Below, in pieces: positions 61,795-64,000 of a DNA stretch of 64,000 nt; position 1 is the stretch's first letter; every line of letters begins with the position of its first letter. The translations under genes were made by a program, and so were the position numbers. The stretch comes from Cyanobacteriota bacterium (GTDB taxonomy: Bacteria; Cyanobacteriota; Cyanobacteriia; Thermostichales; Thermostichaceae): positions 8,986 to 72,985 of the forward strand of contig JANRIL010000022.1 of the NCBI GenBank assembly GCA_033764955.1, written 5' to 3'. The notes below the pieces were generated by a model. It was not told where the DNA came from, made no database searches, and worked only from the letters and a program-made list of their open reading frames with translations.

Positions 61795-63843
61795 ATGGGG
61801 AGGCAACCGCTATCACAAGGGGGATCCCGGATCGGTTGGCGACGAATTCCGCAAATTTTGGTGGCGCTGATCGTGGCTGTCGTTTGCCTGGGATCCCCCC
61901 TTTTCAGACCCTGCTGGCCAGGATGCACGGCTGCCCAGGAATTGCTGGCTCCCGATGATCCTCTGGCGGCTTCCCCCAGCCCAACCCTTTCACCTACCCT
62001 CATCCCCTCACTGACTCCCTCCCCGCCTACTCCTAGTCCATCGTTGGAACCCATCCAGCCTGGCTCCTCCGCCACTCTGCTACCGGATCCCTCTCCCCCC
62101 GACCTAGCTCTCCCCTCTCCCAGCCCAACCCTCACTCCCTTTCCTCCTTCCCCGCCCCCCACCCCCCTCATCACCCCCGCCCCTCCGTTTTTTTCTCCCC
62201 CCGCTACTGGAGAACCCAGCCCAGGCAGTGAAGTTTTGGTGGGAGGGATCCCAGTCTTGCGGCTGCAAACCGCAGACTACTCCAGCGAGGTACGGGCGCA
62301 GGTGGTGGGATCCGTGATTGAGCAGTTTTTACGCTTTCGCCCCGATGGATCCCTGCCGGAGCCGCAGGTACGCTGGGCACAAGACAACAACCTGCAATAC
62401 ATCCTGCAACTGGGGGATAAAGCCAACTTTACCGCCACCCAACAGTATCTATTTACGGTTACCTATGCCGATGCCGCCATCGCACGGGGGGTGAGTAGCC
62501 CCAAAATTACCGATGTGCGGCAGGTAGCGGAACTGTGGGCGAGACAACTGGAACGAGCCATCAGCGATTATCGTCAGGTCAAACTGGACGAGGCTCGCGC
62601 CCAAAACCCTTGGGTGGTTCTACTTAGCACCATTTCCGCCATTGCCTTGATTTTGATCGGATATTTTGTCTGGCGGCTCAGCCACCGTCTGCTGCATTAT
62701 GCTCAGCAGTGGATGGAGGTAAAACTGGGGGACAATTGGCGAAATTGGGTGGATGTTGGAGCCGTACTTTGCCGCGTTTTTCTGGCGATTTCAATTGCCG
62801 CTCTCACCCTGCACGGTGCCATCAGCTCGATTCCCTTATTACGGGTATTTCAACGCATCTTTTATTATAATTTGGGGCGATTTTTTCAGACTGCCTTTGG
62901 AGTGCTTTCTCAACCATTTCCCAATTCTAATTTAACGATTGCTAGTTTAGCTTTGTTTTTGGGATTATCGATTATTATTTTTATTCTTGCCCATCACCTC
63001 AGTTTGGGATTGCAGCAACGCTTTTTGATGCGTCTTGGCTTAGATATCAACACTCAAGAAGCCACTTCAACCATCTTTAAGTATGGGTTCACGTTGTTGG
63101 GGATGTTATTGGTGCTGCCGTTCAGTGGCATCAATTTAAGCTCCTTGGCGGTGGTGGCGGGAGCGGTCGGGATTGGGATTGGTTTTGGGTTGCAAAATCT
63201 CTTTAATAATTATCTGAGTTATGTAGCTATTCTGTTTGAGCGCCCTATCCAAATTGGAGATTTGGTGGAAGTGGATAGCCTGCTGGGAACGGTGGAACGG
63301 ATTAGCCCACGGGCTACGGTGATTCGCACGATGGATCGGGTCTTTGTGATTGTGCCCAACTCCCGCTTTACCGAAAGCAAAATTGTCAACTGGAGCTATC
63401 GGGATCCCCGTTGCCGGATTCACGTCCCGATTGGGGTAGCCTATGGATCCAATCCTGAGGAGGTCTGTGAGGCTCTGCTCCAGGTGGCTCGTGAAAATGC
63501 GCGGGTTCTCAGTAGTCCGGCTCCGCAGGTTTGGCTGAAAGGGTTTGGTGATTCCGCCCTCAATTTTGATCTGTTGGTTTGGATCAATCGCCCTCAGGAT
63601 CAGTTTTTGTTGGTGAGCGAACTCAACTTTTTGATTGAGGCGGAGTTTCGGCGGCGGGGCATCCATATTCCCTTTCCGCAGCAGGATTTGCATATTCGCT
63701 CTGCCGACGCCTTTCAGGGGATGTTTAACGGGCGCGATCCTGCCCACACAGCTAGCCAGAGCGATCCGCTTCCTTCCTCATCCGTGCCACCAGGGCTTGC
63801 TCCGGGGAGTGAGGGATCCCCCGATCCGGGATCCCAGGCTTGA
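61795..63843 (+). CDS. MscS-family mechanosensitive channel with long Pro-rich N-terminal region
   Basis: GIGFGLQNL, ERPIQIGD, VPNS, GVAYGS, FGDSALNF, IPFPQQDLH. Confidence 0.92.
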   Translation: MGRQPLSQGGSRIGWRRIPQILVALIVAVVCLGSPLFRPCWPGCTAAQELLAPDDPLAASPSPTLSPTLIPSLTPSPPTPSPSLEPIQPGSSATLLPDPSPPDLALPSPSPTLTPFPPSPPPTPLITPAPPFFSPPATGEPSPGSEVLVGGIPVLRLQTADYSSEVRAQVVGSVIEQFLRFRPDGSLPEPQVRWAQDNNLQYILQLGDKANFTATQQYLFTVTYADAAIARGVSSPKITDVRQVAELWARQLERAISDYRQVKLDEARAQNPWVVLLSTISAIALILIGYFVWRLSHRLLHYAQQWMEVKLGDNWRNWVDVGAVLCRVFLAISIAALTLHGAISSIPLLRVFQRIFYYNLGRFFQTAFGVLSQPFPNSNLTIASLALFLGLSIIIFILAHHLSLGLQQRFLMRLGLDINTQEATSTIFKYGFTLLGMLLVLPFSGINLSSLAVVAGAVGIGIGFGLQNLFNNYLSYVAILFERPIQIGDLVEVDSLLGTVERISPRATVIRTMDRVFVIVPNSRFTESKIVNWSYRDPRCRIHVPIGVAYGSNPEEVCEALLQVARENARVLSSPAPQVWLKGFGDSALNFDLLVWINRPQDQFLLVSELNFLIEAEFRRRGIHIPFPQQDLHIRSADAFQGMFNGRDPAHTASQSDPLPSSSVPPGLAPGSEGSPDPGSQA

Positions 63844-64000
63844 TATCCGGCCACTCTCCTCAGCTTGACTTGCAGGAGCGCCGCGCACTACCTGTGAGGT
63901 GAGCGTCGGGAGGAATGCAGGCTCGTCGAAGACGAGCAATAAGTCTCTAGGCATCACCACAGATTCTCATGAAGTAGAATGGGGCTATGAATCAAGTCCT

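Noticed and set aside
1..64000. rRNA, tRNA, CRISPR arrays, prophage or intact transposase genes
   Set aside because: None recognised; nearly all space is accounted for by protein genes and intergenic regions lack these signatures.

Overview
Cyanobacterial chromosome segment. Evidence: split rpoB-rpoC1-rpoC2, psbV/psbV2, chlI, petP and phycobilisome-type domains. The palindrome GGGATCCC (core GGATCC) is very frequent while canonical HIP1 GCGATCGC is rare, which points to a Thermostichus (hot-spring 'Synechococcus' OS-A/B')-like lineage (inference). Most of the window is housekeeping: gltX 5' end, rbp, chlI, fmt, psbV/V2, the RNA polymerase operon, PGM, an M16 peptidase pair, cryptochrome DASH, plsX-fabH-fabD, heme oxygenase, glgA/GH57, a GH63-like glucosidase, ABC parts and MscS. 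The most notable locus is 11.6-21.1 kb. A stand-alone phycobilisome-linker-domain gene lies divergent from a same-strand run encoding a 2Fe-2S ferredoxin with an RNA-polymerase-like C-terminal module, two V4R proteins, a small acidic protein, two phycobiliprotein-fold proteins (one keeps the bilin-type Cys-x-Arg-Asp, one lacks it), a membrane Ser/Thr kinase and an FHA-domain PBP. This resembles the poorly understood Synechocystis slr0144-slr0152 (Pap) cluster and looks like a bilin/redox sensory-phosphorylation system. Also found: two small ORFs below the ORF-track cutoff, two MITE-like elements, a type II TA-like pair, a lysine-free HU paralog, an intragenic (GGCG)8 repeat and candidate RNA leader structures. 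No rRNA, tRNA or CRISPR array was seen. All family calls come from motif recognition, not database searches.
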